Source: Sphyrna mokarran
Taxonomy: Eukaryota
NCBI GenBank assembly: GCA_024679065.1
Contig: JAGIQG010000037.1
Span: 14,942,001 to 15,006,000, forward strand
Reading direction: 5' to 3'
Length of the DNA: 64,000 bases
Positions within the stretch are counted from its first letter, which is position 1; every line of letters starts with the position of its first letter. Positions 23,650 to 35,491 of this stretch are shown one piece after another. Both the position numbers and the translations under genes were made by a program. Below the pieces are notes generated by a model. The model had not been told where the DNA came from, searched no databases, and was given only the letters and a program-made list of their open reading frames with translations.

Positions 23650-26600
23650 AAATTAGTTTGGGGACTGATACAGGGCTATGGGGAGAGAGTGGGGCAGTGG
23701 GATTAGTTTGGGGACTGATACAGGGCTGTGGGGAGAGAGCGGGGCAGTGGGATTAGTTTGGGGACTGATACAGGGCTGTGGGGAGAGAGCGGGGCAGTGG
23801 GATTAGTTTGAGGACTGATACAGGGCTGTGGGGAGAGAGTGGGGCAGTGGGATTAGTTTGGGGACTGATACAGGGCTATGGGGAGAGAGTGGGGCAGTGG
23901 GATTAGTTTGGGGACTGATACAGGGCTGTGGGGAGAGAGCGGGACAGTGGGATTAGTTTGGGGACTGATACAGGGCTATGGGGAGAGAGTGGGGCAGTGT
24001 GATTAGTTTGGGGATTGATACAGGGCTATGGGGAGAGAGCGGGGCAGTGGGATTAGTTTGGGGATTGATACAGGGCTATGGGGAGAGAGTGGGGCACTGG
24101 GATTAGTTTGGGGATTGATAGAGGGCTATGGGGAGAGAGCAGGGCAGTGGGATTAGTTTGGGGATTGATAGAGGGCTATGGGGAGAGAGCGGGGCAGGTG
24201 ATTAGTTTGGGGATTGATACAGGGCTATGGGGAGAGAGCGGGGCAGTGAGATTAGTTTGGGGATTGATACAGGGCTATGGGGAGAGAGCGGGGCAGTGGG
24301 ATTAGTTTGGGGATTGATACAGGGATATGGGGAGAGAGTTTGGATTTGCGAACTATTTTGCCACAGTTCTGTCCCTATGTGACAAACGGGAATGGTTTCA
24401 CTTTATGAGAAACCTTACTCACCAGGTCAGTAAGTACTCAGCAGCAGCGAGGGAAGTTACAATGACAGAATGTTGTTGTGCAAGTGTTAGCCGACAAAAA
24501 CGTAATCTTTTCCTACCAGGCTTGATGCTTAGTTTCACTGTTGTTCAGGGTGATATTTGCATCTTGGATCCAGTGACTGATCCGAGATTTGAACAGGTTC
24601 CGTCGGGGTGATTCCTTTGACTGCTCTTCCCTGGGGCACATCCTCTTTTCCCAACGAGAAGGACAAGGGCACCAGGCATGTGGGAACGCCACCACTCCTG
24701 GCACCTCCCCACCCCCCCTACATTTGTCCCCACGGTGCGTGGAATCCTGTACCCCTTCCCGTTTTAAAGAATTCCGATAGATTTGTCAAGCCTGATTTCC
24801 CCCGGCAAATGGTGGCACAGTGGGTTGGCACTGCTGCCCCACATCACCAGAGACCCGGGTTCGATTCCCAGCTGGAATCACTGTCTGTGTGGAGCTTCCC
24901 GTCCTCTCCCACCCCACCACCAACCCCCACCACCCACCTCCCCCACCCCCCCACCCCACCCCCCACACCCCCCATCCACCCCCACCCACACACCCCACAC
25001 CCCCCATCCACCCCAACCCACACCCCCACACACACCCCCCTCCCCACCCCCCCCATATCCCCCATTCCCCACCCCCATCTTCACCCCCCCCCATCCTCCA
25101 ATCTTCTTCTGCAAGGTTTTCCTCTGGGTAGTGTGGTCCCCATCACCCCCCCCCAACAACTCCCCCCCACCCCCCCTCACACCCCCCACAAACAACCCCC
25201 CCCCCCCACCACCTCCTATCAAACTCCCCACCCCGGCCACACTACACCAGAATACCTCCCCACCTCCTGCTGTGGGGTTGATTCTTTTAAACAGCGGAGA
25301 GTGAAGGTGCTGGTGGGGGGGTGGGGGGGGGATTATGGAATTAATCAATGACTCACCAGTAATGCTAATATCGCGGGACAGACATTAAGCAGCAGCAAAC
25401 AGCTTGTTCAGTGAGATCTCATCAAAGTGTTCTTATCAGATCAAGACTGAGTGAACTCAGACCCAATCTCGAAAACATTAGTGCCTTATTTCAAATTCCA
25501 GATATCTCAGTGTAATGTGGAGAGAGAGAGAGAGAGAGAGCTTAGTTTGGGGATTGATACAGGGCTATGGGTAGAGAGCGGGGCAGTGGGATTAGTTTGG
25601 GGATTGATACAGGGCTGTGGGGAGATATTGGGGCAGTGGGATTAGTTTGGGGATTGATACAGGGCTATGGGAAGAGAGTGGGTCAGTGGGATTAGTTTGG
25701 GGATTGATACAGGGCTATGGGTAGAGAGCGGGGCAGAGGGATTAGTTTGGGGATTGATGCAGGGCTATGGGTAGAGAGCGGGGCAGAGGGATTAGTTTGG
25801 GGATTGATACAGGGCTGTGGGGAGAGAGCGGGGCAGTGGGATTAGTTTGGGGATTGATACAGGGCTATGGGGAGAGATTGGGGCAGCGGGATTAGTTTGG
25901 GGATTGATACAGGGTTATGGGTAGAGAGCGGGGCAGTGGGATTAGTTTGGGGATTGATACAGGGCTGTGGGGAGAGAGTGGGCAGTGGGATTAGTTTGGG
26001 GATTGATACAGGGCTATGGGGAGAGAGCGGGGCAGTGGGATTAGTTTGGGGATTGATACAGGGCTATGGGAGAGAGCGGGGCAGTGGGATTAGTTTGGGG
26101 ATTGATACAGGGCTATGGGGAGAGAGTTGGATTTGCGAACTATTTGCCACAGTTCTGTCCCTATGTGACAAACGGGAATGGTTCACTTTATGAGAAACCT
26201 TACTCACCAGGTCAGTAAGTACTCAGCAGCAGCGAGGGAAGTTACAATGACAGAATGTTGTTGTGCAAGTGTTAGCCGACAAAAACGTAATCTTTTCCTA
26301 CCAGGCTTGATGCTTAGTTTCACTGTTGTTCAGGGTGATATTTGCATCTTGGATCCAGTGACTGATCCGAGATTTGAACAGGTTCCGTCGGGGTGATTCC
26401 TTTGACTGCTCTTCCCTGGGGCACATCCTCTTTTCCCAACGAGAAGGACAAGGGCACCAGGCATGTGGGAACGCCACCACTCCTGGCACCTCCCCACCCC
26501 CCCTACATTTGTCCCCACGGTGCGTGGAATCCTGTACCCTTCCCGTTTTAAAGAATTCGATAGATTTGTCAAGCCTGATTTCCCCCGGCAAATGGTGCAC

Positions 26601-29600
26601 AGTGGGTTGGCACTGCTGCCCCACATCACCAGAGACCCGGGTTCGATTCCCAGCTGGAATCACTGTCTGTGTGGAGCTTCCCGTCCTTCCCACCCCACCA
26701 ACCCCCACCCACCTCCCCCCCCACCCCCCACCCCACCCCCCATCCACCCCACCCACACACCCACACCCCCCATCCCCCACCCACACACCCACACACACCC
26801 CCTCCCACCCCCCCCATATCCCCCATTCCCACCCCATCTTCACCCCCCCCCATCCTCATCTTCTTCTGCAAGGTTTTCCTCTGGGTAGTGTGGTTCCCCA
26901 TCACCCCCCCCAACAACTCCCCCACCCCCCCCTCACACCCCCACAACCCCCCCCCCCCACACCCTCCTATCAAACTCCCCACCCCGGCCACACTACACCA
27001 GAATACCTCCCCACCTCCTGCTGTGGGGTTGATTCTTTTAAACAGCGGAGAGTGAAGGTGCTGGTGGGGGGGTGGGGGGGGATTATGGAATTAATCAATG
27101 ACTCACCAGTAATGCTAATATCGCGGGACAGACATTAAGCAGCAGCAAACAGCTTGTTCAGTGAGATCTCATCAAAGTGTTCTTATCAGATCAAGACTGA
27201 GTGAACTCAGACCCAATCTCGAAAACATTAGTGCCTTATTTCAAATTCCAGATATCTCAGTGTAATGTGGAGAGAGAGAGAGAGAGAGAGCTTTAGTGTG
27301 GGGATTGATACAGGGCTATGGGGAGAGATCAGGACAGTGGGATTAGTTTGGGGATTGATACAGGGCTGTGGGGAGAGAGTGGGGCAGTGGGATTAGTTTG
27401 GGGATTGATACAGGGCTGTGGGGAGAGAGTGGGGCAGTGGGGTTAGTTTGGGGATTGATACAGGGCTATGGGGAGAGAGTGGGGCAGTGGGATTAGTTTG
27501 GGGATTGATACAGGGCTATGGGAAGATAGCAGGGCAGTGGGATTAGTTTGGGGATTGATACAGGGCTATGGGAAGAGAGCAGGGCAGTGGGATTAGTTTG
27601 GGGATTGATACAGGGCTGTGGGGAGAGATTGGGGCAGTGGGATTAGTTTTGGGATTGGTACAAGGCTATGGGGAGAGAGCAGGGCAGTGGGACTAGTTTG
27701 CGGATTGGTACAAGGCTATGGGGAGATATCGGGGCAGTGGGATTAGTTTGCAGATTGATATAGGGCTATGGGAAGAGAGTGGGTCAGTGGGATTAGTTTG
27801 GGGATTGATACAGGGCTGTGGGGAGAGAGTGGGGCAGTGGGGTTAGTTTGGGGATTGATACAGGGCTATGGGGAGAGAGTGGGGCAGTGGGATTAGTTTG
27901 GGGATTGATACAGGGCTGTGGGGAGAGAGCGGGGCAGTGGGATTAGTTTGGGGATTGATACAGGGCTATGGGGAGAGAGAGGGGCAGTGGGATTAGTTTG
28001 GGGATTGATACAGGGCTATGGGAGAGAGCGGGGCAGTGGGAATAGTTTGGGGATTGATACAGGGCTAGGGAGAGAGCGGGGCAGTGGATTAGTTTGGGGA
28101 TTGATACAGGGCTGGGGAGAGATTGGGGCAGTGGGATTAGTTTTGGGATTGGTACAGGGCTATGGGGAGAGAGCGGGACAGTGGGATTAGTTTGGGGATT
28201 GATACAGGGCTATGGGGAGAGATTGGGGCAGTGGGATTAGTTTGGGGATTGATACAGGGCTATGGGGAGAGAGTGGGGCAGTGGGATTAGTTTGGGGATT
28301 GATACAGGGCTATGGGGAGAGAGCGGGGCAGTGGGATTAGTTTGGGGATTGATACAGGGCTATGGGGAGAGAGCGGGGCAGTGGGATTAGTTTGGGGATT
28401 GATACAGGGCTATGGGGAGAGAGCGGGGCAGTGGGATTAGTTTGGGGATTGATACAGGGCTATGGGGAGAGAGCGGGGCAGTGGGATTAGTTTGGGGATT
28501 GATACAGGGCTATGGGGAGAGAGCGGGGCAGTGGGATTAGTTTGGGGATTGATACAGGGATATGGGGAGAGAGTGGGGCAGTGGGATTAGTTTGGGGATT
28601 GATACAGGGCTATGGGGAGAGAGCGGGGCAGTGGGATTAGTTTGGGGATTGATACAGGGCTATGGGGAGAGAGTGGGGCAGTGGGATTAGTTTGGGGATT
28701 GATACAGGGCTATGGGGAGAGAGGGGGCAGTGGGATTAGTTGGGATGATACAGGGTATGGGGAGAGAGTGGGGCAGTGGGATTAGTTTGGGGATTGATAC
28801 AGGGCTATGGGGAGAGAGCGGGGACAGTGGGATTAGTTTGGGGATTGATACAGGGCTATGGGGAGAGAGTGGGGCAGTGGGATTAGTTTGGGGATTGATA
28901 CAGGGCTATGGGGAGAGAGTGGGGCAGTGGGATTAGTTTGGGGATTGATACAGGGCTGTGGGGAAAAATCAGGGCAGTGGGATTAATTTGCGGCTTTATA
29001 CAGGGCTGTGGGGTAAGATTGGGGCAGTGGGATTAGTTTGGGGATTGATACAGGGCTATGGGGAGAGAGCGGGGCAGTGGGATTAGTTTGGGGATTGATA
29101 CAGGGCTATGGGGAGAGAGCGGGGCAGTGGGATTAGTTTGGGGATTGATACAGGGCTATGGGGAGAGAGTGGGTCAGTGGGATTAGTTTGGGGATTGATA
29201 CAGGGCTGTGGGGAGAGAGTGGGGCAGTGGGATTAGTTTGGGATTGATACAGGGCTTGGGGAGAGAGTGGGGCAGGGGATTAGTTTGGGATTGAACAGGG
29301 CTATGGGGAGAGAGCGGGGCAGTGGGATTAGTTTGGGGATTGATACAGGGCTATGGGAAGAGAGCGGGCAGTGGGATTAGTTTGGGATTGATACAGGGCT
29401 ATGGGGAGAGATTGGGGCAGTGGGATTAGTTTGGGGATTGATACAGGGCTATGGGGAGAGAGCGGGGCAGTGGGATTAGTTTGGGGATTGATACAGGGCT
29501 ATGGGGAGAGAGCGGGGCAGTGGGATTAGTTTGGGGATTGATACAGGGCTATGGGGAGAGAGTGGGGCAGTGGGATTAGTTTGGGGATTGATACAGGGCT

Positions 29601-31245
29601 ATGGGGAGAGAGTGGGGCAGTGGGATTAGTTTGGGGATTGATACAGGGCTATGGGGAGAGAGCGGGGCAGAGGGATTAGTTTGGGGATTGATACAGGGCT
29701 ATGGGTAGAGAGCAGGGCAGTGGGATTAGTTTGGGGATTGATACAGGGCTGTGGGGAGAGAGCGGGGCAGTGGGATTAGTTTGGGGTTGATACAGGGCTA
29801 TGGGGAGAGAGTGGGGCAGTGGGATTAGTTTGGGGTTGATACAGGGCTATGGGGAGAGAGTGGGGCAGTGGATTAGTTTGGGGATTGATACGGGCTATGG
29901 GGAGAGAGCGGGGACAGTGGGATTAGTTTGGGGATTGATACAGGGCTATGGGGAGAGAGTGGGGCAGTGGGATTAGTTTGGGGATTGATACAGGGCTATG
30001 GGAGAGAGTGGGACATTGGGATTAGTTTGGGGATTGATACAGGGCTATGGGGAGAGAGTGGGGCAGTGGGATTAGTTTGGGGATTGATACAGGGCTATGG
30101 GGAGAGAGCAGGGCAGTGGGATTAGTTTGGGGATTGATACAGGGCTATGGGGAGAGAGTGGGGCAGTGGGATTAGTTTGGGGATTGATACAGGGCTATGG
30201 GGAGAGAGTGGGGCAGTGGGATTAGTTTGGGGATTGATACAGGGCTATGGGGAGAGAGCGGGGCAGTGGGATTAGTTTGGGGATTGATACAGGGCTATGG
30301 GGAGAGAGCGGGGCAGTGGGATTAGTTTGGGGATTGATACAGGGCTATGGGGAGAGAGCGGGCAGTGGGATTAGTTTGGGGATTGATACAGGGCTATGGG
30401 GAGAGAGTGGGCAGTGGGATAGTTTGGGGATTGATACAGGGCTATGGGGAGAGAGGGCAGTGGGATTAGTTTGGGGATTGTACAGGGTATGGGGAGAGAG
30501 TGGGCAGTGGGATTAGTTTGGGGATTGATACAGGGCTATGGGAGAGAGAGCAGGGCAGTGGGATTAGTTTGGGGATTGATACAGGGCTATGGGAGAGAGT
30601 GGGGCAGTGGGATTAGTTTGGGGATTGATACAGGCTATGGGGAGAGACGGGGCAGTGGGATTAGTTTGGGGATTGATACAGGGCTATGGGGAGAGAGCGG
30701 GACAGTGGGGTTAGTTTGGGGATTGTCACTGGGATGTGGGGAGAGAGTGGGGCAGTGGGATTAGTTTGGGGATTGATACAGGGCTGTGGGAAAAGGGTGG
30801 GTCAGTGGGATTAGTTTGGGGATTTATACAGGGCTGTGGGGCGAGAATGGGGCAGTGGGATTAGTTTGGGGATTGATACAGGGCTATGGGAAGAGAGCAG
30901 GGCAGTGGAATAGTGTTGGGGATTGATAATAAGGACTCTTATGGGGAGAGGAGTGGCTGGCAGCTTAGTGGGATTAGTTTGCGGGATGCTCCACGGGCTA
31001 TGGAAGAAATGTGGGGTCAGAGGTCGGGATTAGCTTTGGGGTATTGATACAGGGTATGGGATTATTGAGCAGGCGGCCTGGGGTGGATTTAGTTTGGTTT
31101 GGAATTGATCACAGAGAGCATATTGGGCGAAGAGAGTGGGGCTAGAGGTGATGTAGTTATTGTTGGATGACACAGAGCTTATGGGAAGAGAGCAGTTGGC
31201 TAGTGGGGATTAGTTTGGGGATTGATACAGGGCTATGGGAAGAGA
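23650..31245. repeat. 50-bp G-rich minisatellite, interrupted by two copies of a 1.2-kb unique block
   Basis: Unit gggattagtttggggattgatacagggctatggggagagagcggggcagt; degenerate or noisy after about 30900. Confidence 0.95.
24339..27290. repeat. Near-identical tandem duplication (24339-25540 and about 26128-27290)
   Basis: Both copies start ttggatttgcgaactat and end gtaatgtggagagagag; differences are mostly single-base indels. Confidence 0.9.
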
Positions 31246-31319
31246 GGGTTCTTGGTACAAGTGTGAGTTAGTGTGGGCGGACTGATACAAGGGCCTATGG
31301 GGAGAGAGCGGACCAGTCT

Positions 31320-33053
31320 TGTGGGACCTGTACCCCAGTGGGAGTCAGTGTGTGTGGGACCCGTACCCCAGTGAGAGTCAGTGTGTGTGGGACCCATACC
31401 CCAGTGAGAGTCAGTGTGTGTGGGACCCGTACCCCAGTGAGAGTCAGTGTGTGTGGGAGCCGTACCCCAGTGAGAGTCAGTGTGTGTGGGACCCGTACCC
31501 CAGTGAGAGTCAGTGTGTGTGGGATCCGTACCCCAGTGAGAGTCAGTGTGTGTGGGACCCGTACCCCAGTGAGAGTCAGTGTGTGTGGGATCCGTACCCC
31601 AGTGAGAGTCAGTGTGTGTGGGACCCGTACCCAATGAGAGTCAGTGTGTGTGGGACCCGTACCCCAGTGAGAGTCAGTGTGTGGGGACCCGTACCCCAGT
31701 GAGAGTCAGTGTGTGTGTGTGGGACCGTACCCCAGTGAGAGTCAGTGTGTGTGTGGGACCCGTACCCCAAGAGAGTCAGTGTGTGTGGACCCGTACCCCA
31801 ATGAGAGTCAGGTGTGTGTGTGGGACCCGTACCCCAGTGAGAGTCAGTGTGTGTGGGACCCGTACCCCAGTGAGAGTCAGTGTGTGTGGGACCCGTACCC
31901 CAGTGAGAGTCAGTGTGTGTGGGACCCGTACCCCAGTGAGAGTCAGTGTGTGTGGGACCTGTACCCCAGTGAGAGTCAGTGTGTGTGGGACCCGTACCCC
32001 AGTGAGAGTCAGTGTGTGTGGGACCCGTACCCCAGTGAGAGTCAGTGTGTGTGGGACCCGTACCCCAGTGAGAGTCAGTGTGTGTGGGACCCGTACCCCA
32101 GTGAGAGTCAGTGTGTGTGGGACCGTACCCCAGTGAGAGTCAGTGTGTGTGGGACCCGTACCCCAGTGAGAGTCAGTGTGTGTGGGACCCGTACCCCAGT
32201 GAGAGTCAGTGTGTGTGGGACCCGTATCCCAGTGAGAGTCAGTGTGTGTGGGACCCGTACCCCAGTGAGAGTCAGTGTGTGTGGGACCCGTACCCCAGTG
32301 AGAGTCAGTGTGTGTGGGACCTGTACCCCAGTGAGAGTCAGTGTGTGTGGGAGCCGTACCCCAGTGAGAGTCAGTGTGTGTGGGACCCGTACCCCAGTGA
32401 GAGTCAGTGTGTGTGGGACCCGTACCCCAGTGAGAGTCAGTGTGTGTGTGTGTGGGACCCGACCCCAGTGAGAGTCAGTGTGTGTGGGACCCGTACCCCA
32501 GTGAGAGTCAGTGTGTGTGTGGGACCCGACCCCAGTGAGAGTCAGTGTGTGTGTCTGACCTGTACCCCAGTAAGAGTCAGTTGTGTGTGTGTGGGACCCG
32601 TACCCCAATGAGAGTCAGTGTGTGTGGGACCCGTACCCCAGTGAGAGTCAGTGTGTGTGGGACCCGTACCCCAGTGAGAGTCAGTGTGTGTGGGACCCGT
32701 ACCCCAGTGAGAGTCAGTGTGTGTGGGACCCGTACCCCAGTGAGAGTCAGTGTGTGTGGGACCCGTACCCCAGTGAGAGTCAGTGTGTGTGGGACCCGTA
32801 CCCCAGTGAGAGTCAGTGTGTGTGGGACCCGTACCCCAGTGAGAGTCAGTGTGTGTGGGACCCGTACCCCAGTGAGAGTCAGTGTGTGTGGGACCCGTAC
32901 CCCAGTGAGAGTCAGTGTGTGTGGGACCCGTACCCCAGTGAGAGTCAGTGTGTGTGTCGGACCCATACCCCAGTGAGAGTCAGGTGTGTGTGGGACCCGT
33001 ACCCCAGTGAGAGTCAGTGTGAGTGTATGTGGGACCCGTACCCCAGTGAGAGT

Positions 33054-33087
<34 letters not shown>

Positions 33088-33285
33088 CAAGTGAGAGTCA
33101 GTGTGTGTGTGGGACCCGTACCCCAGTGAGAGTCAGTGTGTGTGTGTGTATGTGTGGGACCCGTACCCCAATGAGAGTCAGTGTGTGTGGGACCCGTACC
33201 CCGGTGAGAGTCAGTGTGTGTGTGTGGGACCCGTACCCCAGTGAGAGTCAGTGTGTGTGTGTGGGACCCGTACCCCAGTGAGAGT

Positions 33286-33315
<30 letters not shown>
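31320..33315. repeat. 33-bp minisatellite ending in (TG)n
   Basis: Unit tgtgtgtgggacccgtaccccagtgagagtcag, giving the CVWDPYPSESQ repeat ORFs. Confidence 0.95.
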
Positions 33316-33316
<1 letters not shown>

Positions 33317-33486
33317 GAGAAAGATAGTGTAAAGGAGAGAGAAGGAGGGGAGAAGTACAGAGTAAGGAGAGGTGTCTTTGGGGAGTTAGCGGACTGCCTC
33401 GCTGTCCTTCCTTCATCCCCACATTCTCCCTCCCTCCCTCGGGGCTGCCACCCTGAGTGTGGACCCTGGTTTACTACTGAAGAAAC

Positions 33487-33698
33487 TTAAGGTGTCTTCT
33501 CGCTGGGCGTGGCTGTCTCCTTCAGAGAGGGAGAGTTGAACGATTTTCTCCTGGACCTCCCCCAGCATCTTTCCAAATATCGGCTCCTTCCGAAGGAGTA
33601 AAGCAGACCCACGATGAGAGCCAGGCCCACAATGCAGAGGAGCGAGACTAGACATCGGAGTTCCATCGATTGTCTCTCCCTCAGGGGATCACTGTTCA
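33487..33698 (-). CDS. Gene B transmembrane and cytoplasmic terminal exon
   Basis: (ct)n-cccctacag acceptor, phase 1. Encodes VNSDPLRERQSMELR-CLVSLLCIVGLALIVGLLYSFG-RSRYLERCWGRSRRKSFNSPSLKETATPSEKTP*: a 22-residue hydrophobic helix followed by basic stop-transfer residues. Confidence 0.8.
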
Positions 33699-34049
33699 CT
33701 GTAGGGGGGAGAGAGAGAGAGAGAAAACAGAACCCGTCACTGCGACATCATATCTCCCATCCACCCTGTACACCAAACCCTCCCTCACATGGACCCCCAA
33801 CTCTGTCTGTACATCCCCCTCCCACCATGTACATAATTCCCCCTCCCGTGTACCCGATCCCCACCCCCATGTACACAATCCCCTCCCCGCACTGTATACG
33901 AAATTGCCTCCCCTACTGTGTATCGAATCCTTCCTCCCCCTACTGTATACCAAATCCCCTCCCCCCCACTGTGTACCCAATCCCCTCCCTCCCCTGTGTA
34001 GCCAATCCCTCCCCCAACTGTGTACACAATCCCCTCACCCCCACTGACC

Positions 34050-35130
34050 CACCGCAGAGATTGTCATCAACTTCAGGAAGAGTAAAGGAGAACTTGCCCC
34101 TGTCCACATCAAGTAGAAATTTGATTGTGATTTGATTAGAATTATTATTGTCCCGTGTATTGGGATACAGTGAAAAGTATTGTTCCTTGCACACTGTACA
34201 GACAACGTATACCATTCATAGAGTACGTAGGGGAGAAGTGAGGAAGGGTGCAGAACGTTATATTACAGTCACAGCTTGTGCGTAGAAAAAGATCAACTTA
34301 ATGCGAGGTGGGTCCATTCAAAAGTCTGACGGCAGCAGGGAAGAAGCTGTTCTTGAGTCGGTTGGTACGTGACCTCAGATTTTTGTACCTCTTTTCCCAA
34401 CGGAAGAAGGTGGGAGAGAGAATGTTCGTATTGCGTGGGGGGTCCTTGATTATGCCGGCTGCTTTTCCCGAGGCAGCGGGAAGTGTGGACAGAGTCAATG
34501 GATGGGAGGCTGGTTTGTGTGATGGATTGGGCTACATTCATGACCTTTTGTAGTTCCTTGTGGTCTTGGTCAGAGCAGGAGCCCCACACCAAGCTGTGAT
34601 ACAACCAGAAAGAATGCTTTCTATGATGCATCTGTAAAAAGTTAGTGAGAGTCGTAGATGACATGCCAAATTTCGTTAGTCTTCTGAGAAAGTAGAGGTG
34701 TTTGTGGGGCTTTTTTAATTATAGTGTCGTCATGGGGTTGGGGAGAGGGGTTGTGGGGACCAGGACAGGTTGTTGGTGATCTGGACACCTAAAAACTTGA
34801 AGCTGTCAACACTTTCTACTTTGTTGATGTAGAGAGGGGCACGTTCTCTTTTGTACTTCTTAAAGTCGATGACAATCTCCTTTGACAATGATAAATCAAA
34901 TCAAGTATTTACTTCATGTAGACAGGGGGCATATTCTCCTTTACGCTTCCTGAAGCTGGTGACAATCATTTTGTTGACATTGAGGGAGAGGTTTTTGTCA
35001 CTGCATCAGTTCACCAGCTTCTCTATCTCCTTCCTGTAAGCTGTCTTATTATCATTGTTTGAGGTCTGACCCGCTATCGTGCTGTCATCAGCAAACTCAG
35101 AAATAGAATTGGACAAGAATTTGGCTGCGC
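34050..35130 (-). mobile_element. Rex1/Babar-like non-LTR fragment
   Basis: The - strand encodes RSRTNRLKNSFFPAAVRLLN. Same family as 40970-43680; further pieces at about 14120-14330, 35925-36550 and 44890-45120. Confidence 0.8.
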
Positions 35131-35437
35131 AGAAACGAACCCAGGTCCCTGGCGCTGTGAGGCAGCGGTGCTAACCACTGCCCCACCCCGTCCCGCCATG
35201 ATTGTGCTAAACGGCGGGGCAGGTTTGTAAGGCAGAATGGCCTACTCCCGCTTTTGGGCCTTGTCTAAACGTAAACTCTATAACTATCGTTACTACGAGG
35301 CTAAGGATGAGCAGAAACAAAGGGGCAGTTGCTTGGATTGAGAGTGGGGCAGTGCGATTCCTTTAGAATCCCCTTGTGTTCCTCCCCGCACTCCACTCCC
35401 CCCTCATCTATCGCAGGCCAAACGCTGAAAGCCTTAC

Positions 35438-35491
35438 CGTGTAGAACCGTGATCACTTTTGATTCATTGGTTCCAGGATCTGTCTCGTTAC
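35438..35491 (-). CDS. Gene B stalk mini-exon
   Basis: 54-nt phase 1-1 exon with a strong acceptor (ctctcttctcatttccccag) and donor (ACG|GTAAGG). Encodes GNETDPGTNESKVITVLH with two N-glycan sequons. Confidence 0.7.

Noticed and set aside
25428-25439. TGTTCTTATCAG match to U2 snRNA
   Set aside because: Only 12 nt with no flanking similarity, which is compatible with chance.
23650-31245. G-rich tandem array as an Ig switch-like region
   Set aside because: The unit lacks AGCT-rich AID hotspots, resembles CR1 3' tail sequence, and no constant-region exons are present.
31233-33281. Long repetitive ORFs (CVWDPYPSESQ, GTRTPVRVSVC)
   Set aside because: These arise from a 33-bp minisatellite that is open in several frames and has frameshifting units.
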